A stretch of DNA of 64,000 bases, taken from positions 17,407 to 81,406 of the forward strand of contig JAVVGL010000007.1 in assembly GCA_032249135.1 (NCBI GenBank), written 5' to 3'. The first letter of the stretch is position 1. Each line of letters starts with the position of its first letter. Both the position numbers and the translations under genes were made by a program. Below, one piece after another: positions 10,801 through 19,381 of the stretch. The notes beneath the pieces are model-generated. The model saw only the letters and a program-made list of their open reading frames with translations. It made no database searches and was not told where the DNA came from. This stretch comes from Candidatus Calescibacterium sp. (lineage in GTDB: Bacteria; Calescibacteriota; Calescibacteriia; Calescibacteriales; Calescibacteriaceae).

Positions 10801-13047
10801 CTTGGAGCATCAGCTTCTGACGCAAATCAAATCACAGCAGTAGTAATAAGATTAGTTGATATATCAACTTCAACAGAGCTTGCTTCATTTACTTTCTCTT
10901 TATCTCCGACATCTCCTGCAAATGTTTGGGCAACTTTAACTGATACCCAATGCGGAAGCGATGGTCAAAAAAGAGTTGAAGTGAGAGCTTTTGACGCAGG
11001 AGGAAGACAGGGAATAGCTTCAAGAAACTTCACAGTAGACAACACACCTCCTGGACTAAATATTACTTTCCCGCCAGATTTAGAATGTGTAGGAAATGGA
11101 ATCACAAGAGTAGTCTTTACAGCATGCGATAGCATATTCTTGAACAAAATCACGGTATATGTTGATTCAACAGCTATAGCTTCAATTTCACCAGGTACAG
11201 CAATATCTTGCTCAACACCTCAGCCCTACAATATCAACTGGAATTCAAGTTTATTTTCAGATGGATCTCATCAAGTAAGGGTTGTTGCCACTGACCTTGC
11301 CGGAAATTCAACGGTGCAAATAGCTAACATTATAGTAGATAATAACTCACCAACCATAAACATAATAAATCCGCCAACAAATTCATTAATATCAGCTCCT
11401 ACATCGGTCCTCGTAACATTAGGAGATTCAGTGTGCCCACCACCGACGTTTCCATTCAAAAAAGTTGAATACCAGATAGCAGTCTCGGGTGTGGGTAGTT
11501 TTAGTTCATCAACTCAGAGCTGCTCATCAACTCAAAGAATTCCTTGCACAGATACAAATGTAGGATCAGGAACTTCAACATTTTCATGGAGTGCAACAGA
11601 GTACTGCGGATTTTTCATAGTAAAAGCAGTAGGATATGATTATGTCGGAAACAAAGCCGAAACAACGGCTACATACAAGATTCATCCAGTTGGATGTCCG
11701 ATAGATGAATCATGGAGCCCAATCTCTGTTCTTGGCTCAGTTAGAACAACTCCTATTTTAAGAGATTTAAACGCTGACGGAAAAATAGAGATTATATTCG
11801 GAACGGAAGCAGGTAGAGTTTATGCAGTATCAGAGGGAACAAACTTTCAAAACGGAGATGCTGCTGGGAGCCCGATAAGAGGAGTATTTTTAGAGGCTCT
11901 TGTGACAGGAATAAAAAAATTAGTATTCGGAACCGGCGGTACAGACAGAAAAATAAGAGCTCTTAACTTGACTTCTTCTTTCCTCTCATCTTTTGCGTCA
12001 GTATCAACAGAAACTGCAATTTTCTCTCCTCCATCAACGCTATATACTGACGGCTCAACAACGGTTATAATAGTAGGAGATCTCAGGGCAAGGGTATCAG
12101 AATATGTTCTATCAGCTGCTGGATTTACATTAAGAAACTGCTATCCTGCGGGAGCTCCTCTTGACTGCGGATTGAACAGCGCACCAATAACAGACCTTAA
12201 CGGAGATGGGAGACCAGATATAATTTCATCACCCGTTCCAGCAGATTTTGATTGTGATGGATCTTACGACACAATAATTGTCACGGCTTCTGACGGATAC
12301 ATCACAGCAATAGATATAGCAACAAGAACGAAAAATTGGACTGTATACACAGGGGCACCATTAGATACTTCACCAATAGTTGCAGATTTCAATAATGATT
12401 GTGATTTTGAAATTCTTGTTGCAACAAAAGGTGGAGCTTTATACTGCATAAGTGAAACTGGTGAAGTATGTTCAAGTGCAGGTTGGTCTTCTCAATTTTT
12501 CAACGCAGGAGCTCAAATTGTTGCCCCACCGGCAGTCACAGATGTAGATTCTTGCTTATCAATAGGAGATCCGCAAAAAGAAATAATATTTGGAAACACA
12601 GGAGGGAACCTTTATATTCTATCACAATTAGGTACCCCCAAATACTCCCCCCCGAGAAATCTTGGGTCTTTCATAGTATCTACTCCAGCAATAGCAGACA
12701 TAAATGGAGATGGATGTGGGGAGATTTTTGTCGCAACAGGAGATGGAAGAATTCACGGATTTTACCTTGTAAACAGGGCAGGTCAAATTTATCCAGAATA
12801 TCTCACAGGATTTCCAAAATCAACAGGTGGTCCAATTTCAGCGGGTGTTTCACCTGTGATATGCGATATAGATGGGGATTCAGCGTTTGAGCTTATAATA
12901 GGAAATGATTCATCTCAGTTGAGAGTATATGATTTAGGTTCTGGCTCGGCGGGAGCAGTAAAGTGGATACCCGGAGCATATTTCTGCACTCCGGACTCAC
13001 ACGCATGTCAGAGAAGATGGGAAACGGCAATTTGTGGTCAGCCATAA
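7879..13047 (+). CDS. Giant surface lipoprotein: three SbsA/Big_5-like Ig domains, about nine further Ig-like repeats and a C-terminal FG-GAP/VCBS propeller
   Basis: Lipobox IISG-C. FSKPVD/FSKKI/FSEDID Big_5 motifs, recurring D(N/R)xxP domain linkers with D.AGN, and about seven DxxxDGxxE/D-type motifs. Confidence 0.8.
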   Translation: MVLIKIKKTNLATIPLHIFLFFIPFISSIISGCAQRTGRPPLEFKIIEFFPPAGFQMPLTSVPLKISIAFSKPVDQLTINDTTIKVFKDGNEIKKEIKITDRQKIELFPEVSAQGKYKVFVSAKVKSIIGEELGEDFSWEFTITPITPERVTEIQPPEFPPLIKKIYPEHGATVPQDTIVYVVFSKKIINLNTSNFYIQDINGRIVDADLTYLEGENIAILKPKRLLEPSQTYIVNLRSNITAQDGETLGVNIAWIFFTSGIGVDTTPPDVISIFPPNGATGVPIDTKIIIFFSEDIDTGTITSGIKILENNVVEIPFTFSYDPTVFKVTITPLGGLTPNRNYIVKVKVKDKRGNEMPTEFISYFSTGTGIGVGGPGEETGGGVTSPESPQVIITSPSPNSYVKGIMNVEVSFTGSPKRIELWINAEKKQTITSPPSSPITFTEDTRTYTDGEKIVKVIGYYSNTTTSYSIKVTFDNSPPSVSIQEPTEGKVISGTSAEIRVITADSPDGRLEKVELYIDEIFHSSLTSPTIPPNIFKFFVDTTAYSDGNHTIEIKAKDLAGNEGSSGKRNIKIDNTPPSGFFISPSNDSVVGGAVNVEVNASDNIGVSKVIFFANAANICDAITGQCEITSSPYRIRWDSTSISYSVGVPITAAVFDLAGNTKTFGISVTVDNVLPVVAILNPAPSSYLKGSAPIDVFNSDTSGVTRVVIIIDSTQVASAINPPSTYTFMWNTLSFSDGTHSIKAIAYDKAGNSNTHEIFVVVDNTPPVVSITNPLSGSFTNANSINIGASASDNILLDRVEFYIDGVLAGTDSTSPFSILADISLLSEGTHSITAVAFDVAGNNFTTPSPTTFIIDRTPPTVGFTAPTTGAVVQGTITVNVVAVDLNKVSTISITAGTINLPSCTINASSGTCSRTWATSGDQNNVILTGIAGDSAGNQGVTQIVVMIDNLSPSVSVTSPTAGYVTCPTNTVLGASASDANQITAVVIRLVDISTSTELASFTFSLSPTSPANVWATLTDTQCGSDGQKRVEVRAFDAGGRQGIASRNFTVDNTPPGLNITFPPDLECVGNGITRVVFTACDSIFLNKITVYVDSTAIASISPGTAISCSTPQPYNINWNSSLFSDGSHQVRVVATDLAGNSTVQIANIIVDNNSPTINIINPPTNSLISAPTSVLVTLGDSVCPPPTFPFKKVEYQIAVSGVGSFSSSTQSCSSTQRIPCTDTNVGSGTSTFSWSATEYCGFFIVKAVGYDYVGNKAETTATYKIHPVGCPIDESWSPISVLGSVRTTPILRDLNADGKIEIIFGTEAGRVYAVSEGTNFQNGDAAGSPIRGVFLEALVTGIKKLVFGTGGTDRKIRALNLTSSFLSSFASVSTETAIFSPPSTLYTDGSTTVIIVGDLRARVSEYVLSAAGFTLRNCYPAGAPLDCGLNSAPITDLNGDGRPDIISSPVPADFDCDGSYDTIIVTASDGYITAIDIATRTKNWTVYTGAPLDTSPIVADFNNDCDFEILVATKGGALYCISETGEVCSSAGWSSQFFNAGAQIVAPPAVTDVDSCLSIGDPQKEIIFGNTGGNLYILSQLGTPKYSPPRNLGSFIVSTPAIADINGDGCGEIFVATGDGRIHGFYLVNRAGQIYPEYLTGFPKSTGGPISAGVSPVICDIDGDSAFELIIGNDSSQLRVYDLGSGSAGAVKWIPGAYFCTPDSHACQRRWETAICGQP

Positions 13048-13607
13048 TTGATTTTGAAAGATACCTCAAGAAAGTTTTTGAGGATTCTCGCAGTTGCTCC
13101 CCATATTACTGTATCTCCTATATGAAATTCCCATCTCAAATCCCCACCTTCAATATATTTTGCAGCTAACAAATCTTCAAGCTTTATAATAATTACTTTT
13201 TCAACTTCATCTGGATTTGGTTTTGGAGTGAAGTTTTTGTCATTTACAATTCCTACTACTGGGTGAATAAGGTAGCCAGCGATAGTTATTGTGTCATCAA
13301 GAGAGCCTATTATCATAACATCTTTTGGATTTATACCTACCTCCTCCTCAGCTTCTCGGAGAGCGGTAATTTCAGGTTTTTCATCGTCAAACATAACTCC
13401 TCCGGGAAAAGCAATTTGCCCCTTATGGTCTTTTACTTTCATTGTTCTCTTTATAAAAAGAACTGCTTCGGAGGATTTAAGAATTGGAATGAGAACAGCG
13501 GATGGGGTAAGTCCTTCTAAAATCAAAGATTTTGGTTTATAATTTTTTATGTTCCGGATTATTTTCCCTAAAAGGGGGGATTTGTTTTGTTCTGTGAGTT
13601 TTTGCAT
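13038..13607 (-). CDS. Nudix hydrolase, CoA pyrophosphatase (NudL-like)
   Basis: SAVLIP, HKGQIAFPGG, ALREAEEEVG Nudix box and IWGATARIL. Confidence 0.9.
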   Translation of the reverse strand: MQKLTEQNKSPLLGKIIRNIKNYKPKSLILEGLTPSAVLIPILKSSEAVLFIKRTMKVKDHKGQIAFPGGVMFDDEKPEITALREAEEEVGINPKDVMIIGSLDDTITIAGYLIHPVVGIVNDKNFTPKPNPDEVEKVIIIKLEDLLAAKYIEGGDLRWEFHIGDTVIWGATARILKNFLEVSFKINYG

Positions 13608-13613
13608 AGCTTT

Positions 13614-14048
13614 TTATTTTGGAGCAACCAAGATTTCAAAATCGTTTGAGTTTTCATCTGCAAAGTTTTTTATTATTTTTACCTTAACTATTGTGGAAGA
13701 TCCAGAATTTTGGAGTTCTGCAAAAAAATTTATCATAGAGTCTGGAGGAACTCCTCTTGCGCTTATTTCTATAAAGTTCTGAACAGGTCTTGCAGATTCA
13801 AGTTGAATATTATATTTTCTTGAAATAGAATCAATTAGAGCAAGTAAATTCTGTCCGGTTCCTTCAATTTGAGCTCTATAAGATTTTATTTCATCTGACC
13901 ATACTTTCATGCGATTTAATTTTCCTTCAAAAGAATTTACTTCATCTTTGAGTTTCTCCAAAGATGAACTAATCCCCATATAAATCAAAAGTGTGGTAAA
14001 AGATAAAAACCAGAAAATCAAAGATATATATCTCTTTTTCATACTCAA
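13614..14048 (-). CDS. Type II secretion GspM/PilO-like protein
   Basis: Single N-terminal TM, coiled coil and ferredoxin-like C-terminus (LLALIDSISRKYNI...INFFAELQN). Lies directly downstream of a GspL-like gene. Confidence 0.6.
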   Translation of the reverse strand: MSMKKRYISLIFWFLSFTTLLIYMGISSSLEKLKDEVNSFEGKLNRMKVWSDEIKSYRAQIEGTGQNLLALIDSISRKYNIQLESARPVQNFIEISARGVPPDSMINFFAELQNSGSSTIVKVKIIKNFADENSNDFEILVAPK

Positions 14049-14060
14049 AAATTTCTTTCT

Positions 14061-15317
14061 CTATAAGAATTTTTCTTCTTCTTTTTTAATTTCTAACTCC
14101 TCCTTTTTCATTCTAATTTTTTCGTTTTTACCTTTGAGTTTTCCTGTGAGTCTCATAATAAACGCATTTCCGTCTCTGCTTCTCACAGTTGATGTTATCT
14201 TGATATCACCCAATAGTGAAGCTAAAACATTTTTCACATTATCAATAGCTCCAAGATCTTTTATTCTCAATTCAGCTGATATTTCACCATCTTCTGATCG
14301 GAAATCTTCTATTCTCAAAACGTGATCTGAAACGCTCTGAGCAAATTCAAAAAAAGTGAGGAGAGCAGAGCTATCTTGTTCCCTTGTTTTTAACTTTGAG
14401 TATTCAATTTTCATCTGCTCATAAGGGTCAACAGCCTTTTTATCAGGAAAAGTGGCTTTGAAAACCTCATTTATTTCAGCTAAAATCTTATCTTTCCTTT
14501 CTTTTTCTGATCTGTATTCAGAAATAACGGGAAAGGAGAACAAAATCAGGGAAAGAAATACTACTATTGAGTGAGGTAAAGTCTTGTCAAGAAAAACTTC
14601 AATAGGGGATTCTTTTTTCGCTTTTGTGATTTTAACCGGGGGGTAGCTTCCAAACAGTGCAGAAAAAATAGATGTAAAAGCTGGGTCGTTATAGTTAATT
14701 TCTGGGAAAGCATCAGATGGGACCAGAATTTTTGCTTCAAAAGGAAAAAGTTCATATTTTGCACCACAAACATAAAAATTCACATCATCTTTTCTGATCT
14801 GCGATAAAATAAGGTTTGTAAAAAACTTAATATCATCTGAATCTGAGTATCTGAAAGAACCTAGTCTTATAAAATCTTTGTCTTGATAGGCGAAAGAAAT
14901 GAACTTATTATCAATATCAATAAAAATTCCGTCTTTGATTTTCTTTGAAAGTGAGAGCAAGCAAACTGGTTTTAAAATAAGTTCAGAAAATCCCTTTGAA
15001 AACATATTATCACAATACAAAGAATCATATATTATGGCAAACGATGTGCCTTTCTTTTTTGGGACATAAGCGATGTATTTTTCGGTTTCTTTCAGCTCTT
15101 CCTGAGAAAGTTCAATTTCAACTGCTGATTTTGCCTTTTTGCCTCCGAAAGGTAAATCAAAAAATTTAAAAGAAAAAAAATCAGAAAAGAAAGCTCTTTT
15201 ATCATCATCGGGGAAATCGAAAATCTCATCTTCTGAACTAAACCTTACTATATCTATCTCTTTTTTGCCTTGTTTAATATGAACTCCGCAAAGACCATTT
15301 ATATCAACGAAAATCAT
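14061..15317 (-). CDS. Type II secretion GspL-like protein
   Basis: Actin-like cytoplasmic region (DLPF..K...AVEIEL; IFIDID), one TM and a periplasmic FKATFPDKKAVDPYEQM motif. Confidence 0.7.
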   Translation of the reverse strand: MIFVDINGLCGVHIKQGKKEIDIVRFSSEDEIFDFPDDDKRAFFSDFFSFKFFDLPFGGKKAKSAVEIELSQEELKETEKYIAYVPKKKGTSFAIIYDSLYCDNMFSKGFSELILKPVCLLSLSKKIKDGIFIDIDNKFISFAYQDKDFIRLGSFRYSDSDDIKFFTNLILSQIRKDDVNFYVCGAKYELFPFEAKILVPSDAFPEINYNDPAFTSIFSALFGSYPPVKITKAKKESPIEVFLDKTLPHSIVVFLSLILFSFPVISEYRSEKERKDKILAEINEVFKATFPDKKAVDPYEQMKIEYSKLKTREQDSSALLTFFEFAQSVSDHVLRIEDFRSEDGEISAELRIKDLGAIDNVKNVLASLLGDIKITSTVRSRDGNAFIMRLTGKLKGKNEKIRMKKEELEIKKEEEKFL

Positions 15318-15387
15318 TTAATAAGATAAAAATTTAGCAATAGAGAATGAAAAAATCAAATTGGCAATTTTAAGAACCAAATTCAAA

Positions 15388-16581
15388 TCATAAAGAAACC
15401 CTACGATGCTCTTCAGCGAAGTTCCTTGCAACTTGTTTTGAAATATCCGAAACTTTTATAATATCACTGAGACTGGAAATCTTTGATGGTAAAAGATTTT
15501 TATTTTTTTCAAAGTAAGAAATTGTTTTCTCAACGACAGAATATATATCCCAAAACCTAATTTTTCCTTCAACAAAGTATGAGAAAGCAACATCATCAGC
15601 GGAAACTAAAATGCAAGGGAAAGGTTCTCCAAGTTTTGCGCACTTCCACCCCAAAAGTAAAGAAGGAAATCTCTCAAAATCCGGGTCAAAAAACCTTAAA
15701 GTTTTATCCCAAATAGATGGAATCTCAAAAGGTAAATCAGGTATTTCAGGATAAAGTAGGGCATACATTATGGGAATTCTCATATCCGGGAAATGTGAGC
15801 TGAAAATTGTAGTTCCATCTTTTAGTTCAATAGCAGAATGAACAATAGCTTCTGGGTGAATTTTCACACTTATCTTTTCTGGTTCAAGAGAAAATAAATA
15901 GCACGCTTCAATTATCTCAAAAGCCTTATTCATAAGAGATGCACTATCTACCGTTATTTTAGTTCCCATATTCCACACGGGATGTTTTATCACTCTCTCA
16001 TAAGGAGCGTTCTCTATTTCAGATTTTGGAAGGTTCCAAAGTGGTCCTCCGGATGCGGTCAGAAAAACTCTCTTTATACTTTCTCTTGGATATAGGTCTA
16101 TTATTTTCCATAAAGATGAATGCTCGCTATCTACTGGTAAAATTTTAGCTCCGTTTTTCTTTGCTAAATCAAAAATTAAAGAACCTGCACATAAAATAGC
16201 CTCTTTTGAAGCTACTGCTACTCGTTTTCCGCCTGAAACTGCACAGAAAGCAGGCTCAACAGAGCTGAACCCCGGGATTCCCAAAATTACTAAATCAACA
16301 TCATCAAACGAAACCATCTTTGATGGCGTGACATATTCAAATTTGAACTCAAAATTTTTTTCTTTCAGTTCTCTTTCAAAATCATTTTTTTTCTCGTCTG
16401 ATATCCAAACATATTTTGGTTTATATTTCAAAACTTGCTGGGCAAGGAACCTGAAATTTTTTTCAGCGCAAAGACCAACAACTTCAAATTTATCTCGGAA
16501 ATTATCTATAACTTCAAGTGATTGTGTCCCTACTGAACCGGTTGATCCGAGTATAACTACTCTTTTTTTCCATTTTTCCAT
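15388..16581 (-). CDS. dxr: 1-deoxy-D-xylulose 5-phosphate reductoisomerase
   Basis: ILGSTGSVG, LPVDSEHS, LTASGGP, HPVWNMGTKITVDSASLMNKAFEIIEA. Start placed at ATG 16581. Confidence 0.97.
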   Translation of the reverse strand: MEKWKKRVVILGSTGSVGTQSLEVIDNFRDKFEVVGLCAEKNFRFLAQQVLKYKPKYVWISDEKKNDFERELKEKNFEFKFEYVTPSKMVSFDDVDLVILGIPGFSSVEPAFCAVSGGKRVAVASKEAILCAGSLIFDLAKKNGAKILPVDSEHSSLWKIIDLYPRESIKRVFLTASGGPLWNLPKSEIENAPYERVIKHPVWNMGTKITVDSASLMNKAFEIIEACYLFSLEPEKISVKIHPEAIVHSAIELKDGTTIFSSHFPDMRIPIMYALLYPEIPDLPFEIPSIWDKTLRFFDPDFERFPSLLLGWKCAKLGEPFPCILVSADDVAFSYFVEGKIRFWDIYSVVEKTISYFEKNKNLLPSKISSLSDIIKVSDISKQVARNFAEEHRRVSL

Positions 16582-16767
16582 CGCAGAATAAAACCAGAAA
16601 ATATAAATTAAACAAATTAACGCTCTATTGTTAAAAATTTGGAATCGTGTCACTAAAATTAATTATTGCTTAAAGATTCCAATCAATTAGAAATTGTGTT
16701 TTTTATGTAAAAATACTTTTTATTTCCCGATAGATTAAAATTCCTTTTTGTAAGGAGGTGTAAGTTC

Positions 16768-17025
16768 ATGGCAGGAATAGGATTTCAAGAACTTTTGATA
16801 ATTTTCTTAATAATTGCCCTTTTATTTGGTGCGAAAAAGATACCGGAACTTGCAAAAGGGCTCGGTCAAGCTATGCGGGAATTCAAAAAGGGTATGAGAG
16901 ATGATTCCGAAGAAGAAAAAAATACAAAAAATCCAGATTCCGGTGAAAAAATTATAGAGGAAAAAACAAAGTCTAAACCCGAAGAGAAAATAATAAAAAC
17001 AGCAAGCGAAGGAAAGGAAAATTAA
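16768..17025 (+). CDS. tatA: Twin-arginine translocase TatA
   Basis: [50 protein letters not shown]. Confidence 0.95.
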   Translation: MAGIGFQELLIIFLIIALLFGAKKIPELAKGLGQAMREFKKGMRDDSEEEKNTKNPDSGEKIIEEKTKSKPEEKIIKTASEGKEN

Positions 17026-17065
17026 TTCCTTTTTATTTATTTTTTTATTCATTTTCCTATTGCGT

Positions 17066-18091
17066 ATGGTAATAGAGGGATTTGAACACTCTCCGGGGAA
17101 AAATTGTGGATCAACATCTTTGTGGAATATATCTAAATTTTATGGGAACAGATACCCAGAACATATCATTTTCGGGCTTTCATCTGGTCTTCTTTTTTTC
17201 TATATGAAAGGTGGCTTTGGAGGGGCTTCTTATGCAATAGGCGGAAGAAATCCATTACTTGTAGAAGATTTCTTTGATAACATAGGTTTGAGTCTGAAAT
17301 GGCAATCTTATGATGATTTTCCAGAAGATATAATAAAAGAAAGCATAAGTTCTGGCATTCCTGTTCTTGCAAGAACAGACCTTTTCTATCTTCCATATTA
17401 TAAAAATCCTGTCCATTTCCCAGGGCACGAAATAGTTATCTTTGGATACGAGGAAAAAAATGATTCAGAAGGAAAAAAAGAGGATGTTTTTATTGTTTCT
17501 GATAGTTCATTTCCCGAACCACAAAAAGTCTCTCGTCAAGATCTTGCTCGCGCGATGTCTCCGGAGAATGTAATCGCATTTTTCAGTCTGCATAACCACA
17601 TTTTACCTACGCCAAAATTTGAAGTAAAGCTCGATAAAGATAGTATAGTGAAGTCAATTCATAAAGTTTGTCAGCGTATGTTAAGATTTGATTTAGATTT
17701 TATGGGTATAAAAGGAATAAAGAAATTTCATGAAGAAATTGAACTTTGGGCTGATGCGAAAGATAGAGCGTGGGTTTTCAGGTTCGCCTATCAGGTTATA
17801 GAAAGGAGAGGAACAGGTGGCGGCTCTTTTAGGTTCATGTATTCTGATTTCCTTCGAGACTCTGCTGAAATATTTTCAGGTAAAGATAAAACCACTCTTT
17901 ATGAGTTGGCAGCTGATGTTTTTTCATCTGCTGAGCTTTGGAGAAATCTTGCATTCAGGTTCAAAGAAATCTCCGAAAAAGATGGGATTTCAAAAGACGA
18001 GATTTTAGAGCTTAAAAATATTATTGAAAAAATCTACTCAATTGAGGAAAAAACTTTCTTGAATCTTGAAAAATTTGTATCAGGATTTTAA
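17066..18091 (+). CDS. BtrH N-terminal / DUF4872 family protein (papain-like fold)
   Basis: HSPGKNCGSTS (Cys), DLFYLPYY..HFPGHEIVIFGY (His) and ERRGTGGGSFRFMYSDFL. Confidence 0.8.
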   Translation: MVIEGFEHSPGKNCGSTSLWNISKFYGNRYPEHIIFGLSSGLLFFYMKGGFGGASYAIGGRNPLLVEDFFDNIGLSLKWQSYDDFPEDIIKESISSGIPVLARTDLFYLPYYKNPVHFPGHEIVIFGYEEKNDSEGKKEDVFIVSDSSFPEPQKVSRQDLARAMSPENVIAFFSLHNHILPTPKFEVKLDKDSIVKSIHKVCQRMLRFDLDFMGIKGIKKFHEEIELWADAKDRAWVFRFAYQVIERRGTGGGSFRFMYSDFLRDSAEIFSGKDKTTLYELAADVFSSAELWRNLAFRFKEISEKDGISKDEILELKNIIEKIYSIEEKTFLNLEKFVSGF

Positions 18092-18122
18092 TCGCAAGTA
18101 TAGACCAATTGAGTTATTTCAA

Positions 18123-18284
18123 TCAGGCGAAAATATCAACAACTCGTCTTGGGGCGGGGTTTTGAGTTTGGCGTTGGGGGGGAGGGTTTTCCCGAGGAGG
18201 AGGAGGAGGAGGAGGGGGCTCCCTCCTCGGGGGAGGTGAGGGTTCTCTTACTTGTCTTGCTCCTGAAATTTCTCCTGCTGGCAT
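18123..18284 (-). CDS. Small proline-rich protein (53 aa) ending in VVDIFA; below the ORF-track cutoff
   Basis: Manual translation: MPAGEISGARQVREPSPPPRREPPPPPPPPRENPPPQRQTQNPAPRRVVDIFA*. It fills the intergenic gap and is preceded by TAAAAT-N6-ATG. Confidence 0.65.
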   Translation of the reverse strand: MPAGEISGARQVREPSPPPRREPPPPPPPPRENPPPQRQTQNPAPRRVVDIFA

Positions 18285-18358
18285 AAATATATTTTAATAA
18301 TTTTTCACATCTTTTATTAAAAAATAAACAAATTTTATTTTTTTGCTTTTTGGTAAAA

Positions 18359-19228
18359 ATGGATTTTGAAAAATTATTTCCTGAGCAGTTTGAATTTTTT
18401 GCGAAATCGGTAGAAGAAGGAAAGATAAGGGGAGCTTATATTTTCTGGGGACCGGATGGTATAGGTAAAGAAGAATTCGCCATTTTCGTGGCAAGAAGTT
18501 TCTTGTGTGGAACTATGCCTCCTTGTGGCTTTTGTTCCCAATGTATTTTTCAGGAACACCCTGATATAATGGTTATCAGGAAGAAACCAGAGGATGAGAG
18601 GATAAAAGCTGAATATATCAGAGATGCTATAAGGTTTTCTTTGATAAGGCCAATTTCTCACCATAAATTCATTATTTTTTCTGATGCTCATCTTATGACT
18701 CCGCAAGGATTTTCTGCTCTGCTAAAAACAATAGAAGAGCCTTATCCATTTTCTTCTTTTTTTCTTATAACATCAAAATTAGAGATGATTCCGCCAACTA
18801 TTGTATCAAGGTGCATAAAGGTAAGGTTTTCTATCCGAAATCTTCAAAAAGTTATCTCTGAAAAGGTTAGAGAAAAATTTCAATCAAAAGAACTCGTAGA
18901 GAAAGCGACTATTATAAGCTTTCTTAATCCAAACATGCCAGATATTATTCAAGATGGTGAGGAACTGCAAAGAATATGGGAAATGATAGAAAGTGTTATT
19001 GTTGGAGAAGGAGAGTATAAGTTGAGATTTATAAGGCTTTTGGATGAGTTCATCAAAAATGATAGAGATATGGCAAGAAAGTTTCTTGCAGGTTTAGAGT
19101 CATTTATTGCACATAATCCGGAAAAGTTCGGAAGGAGAGCAATAGGTATCTGGGAAAATATAAAGAAAGCTCGAACTTTAGTTGAACTGTTTATACCTCC
19201 AAAATTTGCTCTTCTCACACTTTTCTGA
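18359..19228 (+). CDS. holB: DNA polymerase III delta' subunit
   Basis: AYIFWGPDGIGK, CGTMPPCGFCSQC Zn motif, HPD, ALLKTIEEP and PTIVSRC. Confidence 0.9.
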   Translation: MDFEKLFPEQFEFFAKSVEEGKIRGAYIFWGPDGIGKEEFAIFVARSFLCGTMPPCGFCSQCIFQEHPDIMVIRKKPEDERIKAEYIRDAIRFSLIRPISHHKFIIFSDAHLMTPQGFSALLKTIEEPYPFSSFFLITSKLEMIPPTIVSRCIKVRFSIRNLQKVISEKVREKFQSKELVEKATIISFLNPNMPDIIQDGEELQRIWEMIESVIVGEGEYKLRFIRLLDEFIKNDRDMARKFLAGLESFIAHNPEKFGRRAIGIWENIKKARTLVELFIPPKFALLTLF

Positions 19229-19381
19229 TCGTTTATTTCTCTTATTCTCTTATTTATCTATTATTCTCTTATATTTATCTATTTTTTTGTTTTTTTTCTT
19301 CTTTTTACAACTTGGCGTTTTCCCAAAATTTCTGATTGTAAGGTATATTTGCATTTGGTTTTTTAAAATAAATAGGAAGGG

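Noticed and set aside
18151-18242. G-rich (AGG)n tract as ncRNA, G-quadruplex or CRISPR-like repeat
   Set aside because: More simply explained by the proline codons of the minus-strand 53-aa ORF. There is no repeat-spacer pattern.
19232-19281. Short tandem duplication ttattctctt(a)tatttatcta and ORF 19182-19385
   Set aside because: Low-complexity pyrimidine tract with two copies only. The ORF is F/L-rich noise.
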